Of a stretch of 64,000 nucleotides of DNA, positions 40,871-53,463 are shown piece by piece (position 1 is the stretch's first letter; the number at the start of each line of letters is the position of its first letter). The position numbers and the translations under genes are program-made. Source of the stretch: Lama glama (Eukaryota); contig CM052817.1 of assembly GCA_028534125.1 (NCBI GenBank), positions 75,208,001 to 75,272,000 of the forward strand, written 5' to 3'. Under the pieces are notes generated by a model that had not been told where the DNA came from, did not search any database, and worked only from the letters and a program-made list of their open reading frames with translations.

Positions 40871-43800
40871 ATACTTGCTATCCTTTTCATCTCAAGTAAG
40901 ACTTCTTAAGTGAAAATACGGAAAATAATAATAATAATATATAAAAAGTTAATAGTAAATAAATAATAATAAAGAAAAAGTTAAACGCATATAACTAACG
41001 CCTGGGCAGGAAGGTGGGAATAATGGGAGAGGGTGGGAGAGGAGTGAGCAAAAGGCCCCAACAGCAGGGAGGAGGCTGGACCGCAGGCTGGTAGACACGG
41101 CGGAGGGAATTGTTAGCAGTGGCCAGTGACCTTTAAACCTTCAGTTACTGTGAACAACTGAAAGCATCCTTCTGATTCTTCTCGAAAGAAAGAGGAGTAA
41201 GTAGATCATTAGTTCAATCAGCAACTGTAGTTCCTTGATTTGATTAAAAAAAAACAAAACAAGTTATACCAACTGAATCAGAATAGTTCTTGTTCTCAAA
41301 GGGCCTTAATTTCACAGGAGAAACAAGTGTATAAACATGATTTTAACAAGAAGAGTCTCAGTGTTTTCTAGTCTCAGGAGTGGTCTCTGGTACAGAAAGT
41401 CTGCCTTTCATTGTCATTTAAATTATTGCAGGGTGGGCATGACTTCACATTTGAGTGACATTTCAGAGCTACATGTGCAATTATTGTAGTAGATTCAATA
41501 ATATTTATAAATTTAACTACAATTGGTTATTTTGGATAATAATTATAAAATGGCTGCCATTTAAAACATAATTTTGAATTAACCACTGCTGCTACTACTA
41601 CCATGATTATTACAAATATAACTCTAGTTACACCTAGCTGGCATTTATTAAGAATTCATTCTCTCCCTCCTTAATCACACTATAAATAACAAGCTTTTCC
41701 TGAACACCTACTGTGTGCTTTGAACTCTTTTAGTGCTTTATACATATAAAATATTTTAAATTTTATTTTAATCTTTGAATTGTCATAAAATATTAATGAA
41801 GCAGCTACAGTAAGTTTTTTTTTTAGGGGTAAAGGAGCTGAAAACAGAGAAAATACCTGGAACTATTATATTCCACAGGTATATCATTATAGATTATTTG
41901 CATTGAAAGTAGATTTTTAAAAATATTTATTGCTCTTTGGAGCCTAAAATAATTAAGTAACAAACTATCTTAATAAAGAAACAAGCAACTCTTGCTGTAT
42001 GTATCTGTTGGGCAAGAGTTTAAGTACTTTAATATATTGTGATATACAAGCATTCTAAATCTCAAAAGAAAATAAAAGTAAACTCTTAGGTATTGAATTT
42101 TCTAGTGGTGTCTAGGAATCTAGCATTATGCTACCAGAAGGGACACAGTATTATTTCTTATGACAAAAACATACCTTGGAATATGTTTTCTATATATTTT
42201 GATTGCAGATAATTTTATGAGTATACATTAAATTAATTATTCATTTTAAATATGTAACTTTTGGCAGGAACGCTCCTATATTGAAAAAGATTCTCCTATA
42301 AGGTAGTCATCTGCTTCATTACTTTTACCTTCTGAAACTGGTCCACTGTCTTTCTATTCTTGTGTTCTTGTGTTAGTTTAATTATAAAAATGATTTAACA
42401 TTTTTGGAAGAAACCTATTGTATTCATAATTAAAATGCCTGGAAGAAAAGCTGCAGCCATCGTATTGTATTTCACCTCACAGATCTAGAAGACAGAAACC
42501 ACGTATGTGTTACCAATGTGCTCTGCTTTACATAGTCCCTAAGTGATTCACTTTCATGAAAATAATATTTTTCAAAACTAGTAAGAAAGCTTTAAAGAGA
42601 AATAAGCAAGATCTCATCTTCTTCCATTAAGCCTATAAGCCAACACAGAACAGGCAAGTATTCTTAAAGAAGGCTATATCATTCTGAACTCGAACAGCAC
42701 AGGGGAAGATTATAGAAAGGAAAGCCAAAAGGCATAAGGTTAAAGCTCATTACTCACTACATAGTTTAAAATACAAACATGAAGACCAGGCATATTCCAA
42801 ATGCAAATATCACACAATGGCAGTCGTTCTATCAAACGTGAAGATTTTTGATAGACTGTAATAAATAAATACAAGTATTGAAGGAAAAATACTTTTTATA
42901 ATCTCTTGCAATTTGAGATATCTGGGTCTAAATTAAGTCATTCTTTTTAACTTCCCACAGGCAAGGAAGAGTATCTTGCAGTTCTACAAGATAAATGGAA
43001 AATTGTAAGAAAACCATCACTTGTAACCTACAGCCAGAGCACAGGCATATTAAGACTGTTTTGAACACACTGGTGCAGATCTTGACTTGGGAACATTTTT
43101 CATTATCTAGGCAGATGACGTTGCAACAACTCAATTTAACACTTTGGCCATGAAAAATCTCACTCCTTGATCACACTGTGATAAAAAAAAAGGAAGTTCG
43201 GAGTTGACATTGTTTTGAAAAGAGAAGCTGTTATCATACAGTGATTTGTATCCTATGTTTAAAAATTTCTTATTTCCTCCACATCAGCTTTCATGCTTTC
43301 CAAACAGCAAGAAACCAGATAGCTACTATTTAAAGGCACTATTTAAAAGAAAGAACTCTTTGTGTATTTACTAACACAAATACATGAAAGTGACTTATCC
43401 AACTGGGTGATTATTCATGAATCTCTAAAACAAATATAATTTTTATCTGCTTTCACTTTTATCACAAGTAGATGAAACATTCAATTCTTGTGCATCTTAG
43501 GTATCATCAGTAGTTATGGCATCTGAAAAAGTTTCTGGTCATCCAGTTGCTTACAGCTAGTTTATTCTAAAGTCTCTAAATGTCTTCCCTAACCATTAAG
43601 TTCAAGTCATCTCTAAAGTTATGTTGAGTGTATTTTTCACTTTTATCTGTCAGCATAAACTAGTATTTGCCAACATAATAATTAAGGCAGCTAAAAAACA
43701 AAATTAAGGATAATGATGAAAGGTTTTAATAATATAATTCATATATTAAAGCATGTTATCTGAATGCATTATTGTTACTCTACACCTCTTAATAACACTT

Positions 43801-43946
43801 CAAGTAAAAGAAAGTCATTTCCTTTCCATTATCCACTAGATTATTTGTTTCTCAGAACAACCCTCTGATGTAAATAGCACTGAGATTTTAAAGCTTGTGA
43901 TAAATGAGTAACTGATGTTCAATGAAAGGAAAAATGACTTGCCCAT

Positions 43947-44538
43947 TGTTGGAAACCGATTCTCCATGGGTCTTTTGAATTTTTGCCCATCTGCTGAACA
44001 AAGGTGTTGGTGGGCTTTATTATAGACTTTTTTTTAAGGATATTTGTATAGAAAGCAGCCTGGGATGAGATTTTATTATATACCCACTAGAATGGGTAAA
44101 ATTGAAAACATTGAGAGTATCAAGTTTTAGATAAGATATGGAGAAACTACAACCTGATTTTAGCATTGAAGACATACTGAGGCTGGACATTTAGTCTGTT
44201 CTGTGGTTCTACAATCCTTACAATCATAACTGATTTTTAGCATAATCTGACCTTTAACTGCAGATGATGTGAGTCTATCTCTAAATGTTTCCATAAAGGT
44301 TTTCTAGCTTCCAAAATGTGCCTTGAATCGATAACAGAGTATAAGCAATTGCAAATTCTTCATAAATACCACTGGTCTAGTACATTGTGAGAGGTACAGT
44401 GATTGCCATAAGTAATAAACTCTTCTGTGTCTCCAACCCAACATTCTTGTATATTTTGCCAGTGCCCATAAAACTGTGGCAAGCTAACTCTTTATCTAGC
44501 AGGTAGGTTAAATCTCAGACCCGTTCAAGTTCTTGAAA
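43947..44538 (+). mobile_element. 5' LTR, LTR40-like (interrupted by an L1 fragment at about 44070-44160)
   Basis: Starts 'tgttggaaaccgattctccatgggtct' and ends 'aaactgtggcaagctaac...gcaggtaggttaaatctcagacccgttcaagttcttgaaa'; homologous to 47519-48015. Confidence 0.8.
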
Positions 44539-44988
44539 GTTTTGGTGATAAAGATTAGTTGCTGAAAGAGAAATGGCTTTCTCTAACAGAAACAATAATG
44601 GCCATTTGAGGATAGGAGATATGAGAAAACTCTCTGGAATATGGCCCTTAATGCTTGTGCCCAAGTTGTTGACAAGAAGGATTGGTATAGAGGCTCTCCA
44701 GTGTCCTACCTGTTAGTGAGTATTGAAACAAGAGGTACTTTGGATGTTATATACTCTCCTGCTGATAGGAGGAAGAATTGTCAAGAGATCCCCAAAGATG
44801 AAATAAATCATATCAGCAATGAGGATATAGAGCTTTGTGTGGACTGAAGAGTTTGCTTAGTTAAGTCAAGGCAGACAATGTGCTGCTGAAAACAGAGAGT
44901 AAATGTGAAACCTTGCTTGCAGAACAAGACCACTCCCTCCTGTACTCTCTGCTCTCTCTTTCTATCCATCCCAACATCAGCCACTTTA

Positions 44989-45207
44989 ATTTGAGATTTG
45001 CAAATGTTAACCACTATGTATAAAAATAGACAAAAACCCAAATATCTTCTGTATAGCACAGGACACTATATTCAATATCTTATAATAACCTTTAATGAAA
45101 AATATGAAAATGAATATATGTATATATATGTAGGACTGGGACATTATGCTGTACACCAGATACTGACACATTGTGACTGACTATACTTCAATTAAGACAA
45201 AAAAAAG
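44989..45207 (+). mobile_element. Young L1 3' tail nested in the provirus
   Basis: Closely similar to 13150-13360: 'tttgagatttgcaaatgttaaccacta...gactgggacattatgctgtacaccaga'; ends in an A-tail. Confidence 0.88.
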
Positions 45208-46560
45208 AGGAAAGATGATTAAAGATGGGGCATATATGCCTGTCCAAATATGCTATGAGACAGATGGAAAGGACTTAGACTTGGACAGATTTACTGAATA
45301 CAATTACCCAATGGATCATCCTACTCAGCTCCATGTAATGTAGGTGTTATTGCTTTCAACACAGTGAGTCTGATCAGGGTTCACAGTATGGGAAGACATG
45401 AACATGATATTGAAGGTTGAACCCTTTAAGCTACTTCTATGTTCTCTTTTTGTTGCTTCTAGTTCTGAATACATGGTAGGAATTGATGTGTTATATGCTT
45501 TTACTTCCTTGTCTCTGGTAGGAATAGGAAAACATTCCTACCAGGGAAGAGCTGTGAGTATAGAAGTGCTAGTAAGACAAACTGCCCTGTGTATTGCCAC
45601 CAGTGAGTGATGGGTCAGGATTTAGTGCAATCACTTCTACCCTGTGATTTCCAACTTGTCACTACATAGATGATGCCCTATTGGTTGGCAAGTTAGAAGC
45701 CTCCCTCTGTCTGAATGTTCCTGACTGGTATTATCGAGCTTTAGCAGTGATTGAACTGTCTGCAGCACTCAGTAAAGGTCTGTTCTCTGCTAAGACTAGA
45801 ATCAAGTTGCTGATCAAGCCTGACTGTATGTCTCCAATGCAGAGATTCCCACTCTGTGTCCCTCTTAAACATGACCCTTCCAGATAAAAGGCCTGGATTC
45901 AAATAAAGGATAACTGGAAAAACTGTGAATTTACAGCTGCTAGAATGGAATACCAGATTTTGCAGAGGTAGAGGTAGAGCAAAACCCTAAATCTGCAGAG
46001 GCAACATCATAGACCCTGGGAAATATGGGACAGGGGAGGCTATTACTGTTATTTTGTCTCTGTGAACTGCCCCTGGGGAAGATTATCAGTGCTTGTTATG
46101 AATGCAGTATTTAGCACTTCTTGAGTTCCCTCCCAGGTTTACAAACAGTCATTATCATATCTGGCCACGTGGATCCAGTGGCAGTGCAGCAGTTAGACTC
46201 TGTGCCTCAGATGTGTGCACAGGCTCTTCTCAGCCCCTGGACTTTATCAGAATGGTAGTGGAATCTATGATGAAAAGACCTTCTGAGCTGACAGTCACTT
46301 GTCCTCTACTGCACCTGTCATCTCACTCACTCATCAGTGGAATTACAAGTTATGAAACAGGCACCAGGTTCTAGAGAATTAAAGCATGGCCACCTACTAC
46401 TTTGTGGATGGACGTGCTCCCAGAACCTCTCCTTGATGGTCCCATCGCACTGTATGGGGAACACTTCTGTTTTTACTGACAGGAGAACTGTTTTTAATAC
46501 TTTACTAATACATTTTGTAGATGGAGGAAAAATTTTCTGTGGATGGCACAGCTTTTTCAA

Positions 46561-47421
46561 ATTGGTACAAGTGCTGTAGATTTAATTGACTGCTATGTCT
46601 GCTATTTGCCATAAAACTCTGACCTTAGTTTGACTGCCAATCCCCTTAATCTTAGAAGAAACAATTAGAAACTGCAGGGATAGTCCCAACCCAAAGTACC
46701 TATGGAGAACTTCTCCAATCACATTCTCTATCATTTCTTTGGGAACACAAATGCAATGTGACTGGTGGCACAGGCAAACAGGACAAGTGGGTTTAACTGG
46801 TCTCAGGAAGTTCCCCCAAAGAAGTATTACACTCAATTACTCTAAAATGAATTGGAGCTTTAATGCATTTCAGCCAGTGGAGTGGCCAGGTGGCAAGTAC
46901 TCTCAACCTATCCCCCCTTTGCAAGTCCTACCTAGGGAGCCCTAGTAAGTGTGAACAGCACTTTGATTTCAAGGGCCCTCTTTGCCTCCTTAGGACTCTA
47001 CTTTCAGTGTGAAAATCAGGCAGTAACTTGCCTCTCTTCTGAGAATACAACAACTTGCAACTTACATGTGTCATAACAGATCTTTAAGCATTTAAGGAAA
47101 TAGCACCTCAACCTTGGAAGGCACTTGAGTCAGCCTCAACTCACTGGCCAAAGTTCTAAGGATGACGGTAGTGCCCTAGACTTCCTCTTTGCAGGTCAAG
47201 GTAGAACCCGTGCAGTCCTCAGAACAAATGGACATTTTCAATACAGTAATATGGCTTTCTATGGTGGACATTGAGGGCTTCACAAATTTGCTCAGCCAGG
47301 ACCCTGGAGGGCATGGCTGAAGTCAATACTGGTGACTGGCCTCACTCTGTTGCATGGAGTCTTGCTGACTGTAACCTTAGTTCAATTCTGTCTGAGGAAA
47401 ATTGATCAGATTTGGGTTTAG
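46561..47421 (+). pseudogene. Decayed retroviral env (gamma-type SU/TM motifs)
   Basis: DLIDCYVC (46579-46602); SLNSLAKVL, a frameshift, then DDGSALDFLFAGQGRTRAV (47132-47217); PWRAWLKSILVTGLTLLHGVLLTVTLVQFCLRK TM anchor (47302-47400). Stops and frameshifts are present. Confidence 0.72.
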
Positions 47422-47518
47422 CTTCTGTTAGACAGATGAATAGAGTAGCTGAAAGAGGAGTGTGCTCATGGCAAAATTGACCTAAAGCTAAGATGGTGTA
47501 GAGACATGTGGTGGTTAA

Positions 47519-48015
47519 TGCTGGAAGATAATTCTCCATGAGTCTCTATGTTTCTGTTCTTCTAAGCAAAGTCTTTTTCTCTGGAATATCTTTTCAAGGA
47601 TCACTGTATAGCAGGCATTTTAGTAGGATAGTGAATAGTATCTCTCTCCAGACAGAAGGCAGATTTGTTTCCTGACCAAACTAATAAAAACAATGTCTCC
47701 TTCCTGGGCATTGATTGGCACATTTGTTAGCAGCCCATCTACACAACTGGGAGGTTTCCTTAGCTCGAAGTTACTCAGCTGTGATGTAAACTCACTGTGT
47801 GTACAGCATCCACCTGGGCTCCTCTACATCATCCCCATGGAACTTAGGGGTTAGGGCAGCCAATGAAAACATAAAGCTCATGCTGCCTGGTGTTCTGAGT
47901 AGAAGTCCTTCTTAGACCAAAACATTTCATATTTTCTGCCAAAACACATGAGACTGGGCAGCAAAATTGTTAGCTTGCAAGTAGGCAAAGCTCATACCCT
48001 TAATAGACCTTGATA
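47519..48015 (+). mobile_element. 3' LTR, LTR40-like
   Basis: 'tgctggaagataattctccatgagtctct...tatcttttcaaggat...aataaaaacaatgtctccttcctgggc...gttagcttgcaagtagg...cttgata'. Confidence 0.85.
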
Positions 48016-49109
48016 TCCACATTTACTTCTCTGTCATCTAAAGGAAACAAGTCTAGAACCAGGGCCTCTCATTTCCCAATAGTGCATTCTTCATGTACAA
48101 CCATGACTTTTGTTATTACCCCTAAAGTGCCCAATGAGAATATACACTCCACATGTATTTTTATAGAATAAAAAGTATTTCATGCATCCTCATTTCTAAT
48201 GTTTACTTAAGGATAATTTTTTTCAATGAAGAGCAACATCTGGAGTTTCACTGAAATTATGTTTTCCTGCAAGAATAGTTCACCACATCGGAGCTGATCT
48301 TAAACTTGGGAAGCTTATTTTTCTATTTCAAATTTAAACTGAGAAATTAATCAGCAACAACAGGGCTGTAGGGGAAAACAGCATGCTGAAGTGAAAGTAG
48401 TTTTGGTTCTTTGAATTATAGGGATTTACTTTGTTACAAGATTTATGTACAACCTAAAGCAATGCACATTAAAAAATATTTCCTGGGTGATTAATCCACA
48501 GTCTTTGGAAAAAGCAATGCAGACTTCAAAGTTTTTGATGAAAACTTTGAAACACTGAGTTTTGGATTTATATGTTGGAATTCTAACAGAATTTAAGGTG
48601 TAAAATTCTCATAAAAGCTACAATAAAAATATCAGTTCTTGAAATTTGCAATACTATATATGTATAAATATATTTTTAATGATTAATTAGAACATTATTG
48701 ATTTTATGACATAAGATTATGATATTATTACACGTCAACAATCATCTTGTAAACAAAATAAATGCCTGCAGAGACTATTCTTGGTGTATATTTATCACAT
48801 AATTCATACAAACTTGTTTCCTTATAAAGTATAAGTTAATTCTGAGGAAAATTAACTGAGAACAACTTTAATAAAACTAACCTAATAAAATACATTTTTA
48901 TGTAAAGTCAATCTAAATCAGCTAAGTCTAAATTATAAAATAAGCATAACAGAGCTACAAAACCATATATAAGTATATGTATATATACACACACATATAT
49001 ATATACACACATTAGCCAGTCTAAGTTAATTCAGCCAAGTATTGCTTTGAAAGGTCCTTAGACCTTAGTTAATTTGAAAATCAAGAAAAAAATTGCCTAA
49101 GAATATCGT

Positions 49110-49715
49110 ATGGAAGTTCCTGCTCAAGATGGCCATGTAGGATGACCATGAACTCACCACCTCCCAGGGAAACATTGAGTCTACAGCTACATATAGAACA
49201 ATTTCTTCTTACAAAGACACAAAGACTGGCTGAGTAATGAGGTACACACTGGGCAAATGAGAAGGAAATCACATCAAAGCAGGTAGGACATGCTAGGACA
49301 CAGTCTCACCATATACCCCAGCCCTAGTGCAGTGTCCCACAACCAGGAGGAAACTCAAACCCAGAGCTTCTCCGTGAGGAGGAAAAGCTTCAGACTCACT
49401 CCTCAGGCATTTCAACTTTTAAGACATACACTTCAGAGACAAACCCCCAAAGGATCTAACTTTGAAAACCAATGGGGTTCATATCCCAAGACCCACCAGA
49501 CCCTAGTGATCTTAGAAGCCACTCTTAAAGGGCTTGTGCATTCAGACTCACCACCTCAGAGGCAACTGATTGTGCCCAGACTTTGAAGTGAAGGATGTTC
49601 ACCTGCTTATATTAAATTGTTGACCTGAGAGGCATGGAATCTAATTTAACACACATATCTAGGAACCCACTGGCACCCTCTCAGGGATAAAGACTGGCTG
49701 GTTACTCTTCTAGGT
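49110..49715 (+). mobile_element. Isolated L1 5' UTR-like fragment
   Basis: Begins 'ggaagttcctgctcaagatggcc' (L1 5' caagatggc YY1-type motif), then 'tgaactcaccacctccc...ctacagctacatatagaacaatt'. Confidence 0.65.
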
Positions 49716-49774
49716 AAACAAGATTTTTGTAAGTTTTTTACCTGTCCTTCCAGGTTCCAAGCTGACTCTCTTGC

Positions 49775-50230
49775 AATCATTTTACACCAAATCAAGCTTT
49801 TAGAAATGCCAACCTGATCATTTCATTCTTCAGCTGCAAATATTTCAATGACTTCTTACTTTTCCCTGAGAAAAAAGAGAAAAACAACAAAGTATAACTT
49901 GAAAAATATCCTGATCAATCTCTATTTATTTTTCTACTCCTTTTACCACTCACCCATGTTCAGAGACACCTGTGTGTTTCACATGTTCCTCACTCTGCCT
50001 GGAGTAGCCTTGCAAACTCCAGCCCTGAGCATGGCTAATTTCACTTTACTCACTTTGGATGTCCTCTCCTCTGTGAAGCATTCATGGATCAAATAATTTA
50101 GTTAGGTACCCCTTTGATAGGCTTTCATGGAATTATGCACTTACTTTTCTCATGCCATAGAATCTATTTCACTTTTCTCTTCTTCATAGATTATGGGCCC
50201 CTCAGGCTGCCACATAGCAGGTACTCAGAA
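49775..50230 (+). mobile_element. L2 3' fragment
   Basis: 'aaatgccaacctgatcatttcattct', 'atgttcctcactctgcctggagt', 'atgtcctctcctctgtgaagc', 'cacatagcaggtactca'. Confidence 0.65.
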
Positions 50231-51130
50231 GGGTGGATACACGACAATATGTAACTGGCAAAAAACTATAGGTAATAATTCTTACCAGATTGATCCAGCT
50301 AATAAAGTAACTGATCTATGCAGACATAGTGAAACATGAACTAAGTGTGGAAGACCCTTCTGTCTCCATATCAGTATACATTTACTTTCCTTTATGATCT
50401 TGTAGTTATTAGTCAGCAGTAAGGCCTGATGTTTCACATCATAATTACACCATCTCATCTAATTTTGTCAGTAATATCCACATTTTACCAGGTGAATGAA
50501 TAGTACTTGGGTAGTATTTCTTACTAAAATAAGAGAGAACCAACAATTAGCCCATATTTTTACCAAGTAACACTTGTGGCTTCATTTAAAAAAATTAAAA
50601 ATTGAATGAATTTTTGGTGATATTTCTCTAACATAACAAAGAAAAATAATTTCCTTAAAACAAATGATTCAATGGTCATGAGAAAAGTTGGAAACCAAGG
50701 AATTTTTTTGGTTCTTAAAATTTACCTTGGAAAGGAAGTCATTTTAAGAATATTTTACACAATTAGTGCTAAAATACCAGTAGGCAAGCACGTTATTCTC
50801 GCTGAGTACTATCCAGAACTTACAAGTTAGAGCCCTGCAATGCTAAACTTCCAGTTCCCAAAACTGGCCAGCAAATAAAACTTGATATAAGCTAATCAGC
50901 AAGTATAAGGAAATTGTGGTAAATTATAAAAATATTTGGCATATTGTTGCAATGTTTTATTTGGTTAATGGAGATGTTTTATTTCAAACACTGTACTTAA
51001 ATCAATACAAACACTGAGTTAACGTACCTGGTTCTTTGTAATATCATAAATGTATTTTCTAAAGTCTTAGTTTATAATCTCTCTATGGAAGAGCACATCA
51101 GGTAACTTTAAAAATTATGGTTTTAATTTT

Positions 51131-51177
51131 TTTTAATGGAGATACTGGAGACTACTACTGAGCTATACCCACCCCCC
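51131..51177 (-). mobile_element. Internally deleted Vic-1-like SINE with 13-bp TSD
   Basis: Reverse complement ggggggtgggtatagctcagtagtag/tctccagtatctccattaaaa. TSD tggttttaatttt at 51118-51130 and 51178-51190. Confidence 0.78.
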
Positions 51178-51529
51178 TGGTTTTAATTTTCTGATTGTCA
51201 ATTTTGAGTAGTGGGTAGAGATTTTTTATGATTCTTAAGAGGGAGTCATTTATTGAAATAATGATAATCTAAGGTTTCACCAACTCCCTTTGATATTTAC
51301 CTTTGCATATAAGACAAGACACACAGAACATTGAACCATAAGGATATGAGCTAAGTATGAGTTAAGGAAGTGTTGCCCTCATTCAGCTTTAACCAAGGGA
51401 AGAGTGTCTGCATATATACCCTTCCCTTCCAGATGCTTTTCTTTCTGAGTTCTGGTTCAACTTAATGTCAGTCATGTGTGACATGGACTAAAAATATTAG
51501 CACAGATGATTTTAACACAGGACCATCAT

Positions 51530-51705
51530 TTGTCATTTAAGAGCATGGCTTCTAGAGTTAGACCCAAAGGTAAGCCTTAACTGTAGGTCTCTGCAAATTA
51601 TTCAACCTCTGTAAACTTGAACTTCCTCATCTGTAGAATATTAGTGACAATTACGCATATCTCATTGATCCGTTGTGAAATTAATGAACTGATGAATGCA
51701 AAACA
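51530..51705 (+). mobile_element. MIR SINE
   Basis: 'taagagcatggcttctagagttagac', 'ttattcaacctctgtaaacttgaacttcctcatctgtagaat', 'gttgtgaaattaatga'. Confidence 0.75.
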
Positions 51706-53431
51706 TAAAGAAAACTTTCAGTGGTGAGTACATTTGGTCATCACCTCTGCCTGTCCCCACACATTCAGGAGGATGATACTGGTTATCTACCTTTCAATTA
51801 TCCATAAACACGTACCCTCAAACTTCAGGGGCCTCATTTTTTTCAGGGCCTCAATATGCAGATTGAAGTAATGAGTGACAGGAGATCTAGGCCAACTGTA
51901 GAGGAATTGCATCGGAAACTGTAACGGAAGGGAAAGGCAGAGGAAGAGAGCCAAGAGGGAACTGAATGAGTTGGAGAGATTAGTTGGAGAAATCTGGAAT
52001 GTACACAAGCGAGAGTTTTTGGAAGCAGCCACATTGTGTGCGAGAGTTATTACCAGAATAGGAGAGATGGAGAAGGGGAATAATTATATACATTTTACTG
52101 AATTGTGGAAATGTGCTCCCATTTAAGTATTTCTTTTAATTTCAAAAGATAAATTATCTTATTTTTTGTTGACTGTACATTCTTTAAATGAAATACCCAC
52201 TCAAATAAGAAGCTATTCGAACTCTGTGAAGGTTACACATACCTTCACCAGGACATCAGTATTTCTGCCTAGGAAATGTCCTAGTTTGAAGATAAATTAG
52301 AGAAAATCTACAATTACAATGCACGGCTATATTTCAAGCAACCATAGTTCTTTACTTGCTCCTCTAAACCTTAGCAATATTGTAACATTGAGAAACTTCC
52401 TCTTTATTATCATAAATACCTCATAAAACCATTCTATTTTGCTTAATTAAGGGTACTTTAACTCTGCAGTTTGGTCTGTAGTGGGTCCCACAATTTAGGG
52501 AGCACCCTGGATTTTTCAAGGAAAAGAACACGTGAATTCAGTCTGAAAATATTTTCTCACTGAACCAGACATCTTGACTATGCTTATTCTCTGTGTGACA
52601 AATATCTCCATGGACTTCAGCACAAGTTTGATCACGATTAAAAGCGCTGTAGGATTGTACCTACAAGGACAACACGCTTTTTTGAGTCTAGATGACCTAC
52701 TACTTATTCTTTTCCTTGTCATAGTTCATGTTCTTAACAGAATTCTCTGTTTCAACAGTGAAAACAGTGCAAGCCTCAGTAAGAAATATTTCTGGATGTT
52801 ACAGTTGCCATTCCAAACTTGAAGGATTAAAGAAATACGTTGCTTAAGGAAAGAAAATTCCTTGTCTTCTCAATACATAGTACCAAACGGCATCATTTTC
52901 AGGAAAAAAGAAGGAAAGGGAATAAATTACTTTTTGAAATTTACAGAATTCATACCTTGGGCCATTAGAAACCTACTATTTTTTCAGTGTTGACAATGTT
53001 TTCAAATATAATTATCAACAACATAAATAAACATCATTCCATCATTAAAACGTCAGATTATTAAGCTTAAAGACGTTTGCATTCTTTCCTAGAGCTTTAA
53101 GACTAGAGGGAAAAATTGTGCACAATAAAACATTTATTTTAAAAAGTAAAATAGTACTTTCATGTAGATCAAGTAACAGTAGGTTTGAAAACAAAGTTAC
53201 AGAACGACCCCAGGATTCTTAGCACACTTTTACACCCTATGCTAACTACTCAGTTTGCTTTGTTACTGGAGATGGTACAGCCTCCATTTGTCTAAAAGTC
53301 TCTGCAAGGCTAACTGCTAATAATGCCATCGACTTAGCACAGAAAACACTAGCCGTAGATAATAGAAACCTATGCAGAATCCTCTCAGCACTTGTAACGC
53401 TATGGTCAGTATACATGATCCGGCCACTTTA

Positions 53432-53463
53432 AACACACACACACACACACACGCACACACACA
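53432..53463. repeat. (CA)n microsatellite with one CG interruption
   Basis: Read directly. Confidence 0.95.

Larger units (their letters stand above)
44539..47518 (+). mobile_element. ERVL-class internal region (HERVL40-like), deleted and decayed, with protease-like and env remnants
   Basis: Lies between two homologous LTRs and begins 'gttttggtg'. 'VEPFKLLLCSLFVASSSEYMVGIDVL' (ORF 45398-45610) resembles the ERVL protease end; env motifs lie at 46561-47421. Confidence 0.75.

Noticed and set aside
51846..52130. Purine-rich open frame after 'tttttttcag'
   Set aside because: It resembles degenerate antisense L2 body sequence, and no coherent exon or protein is recognisable.
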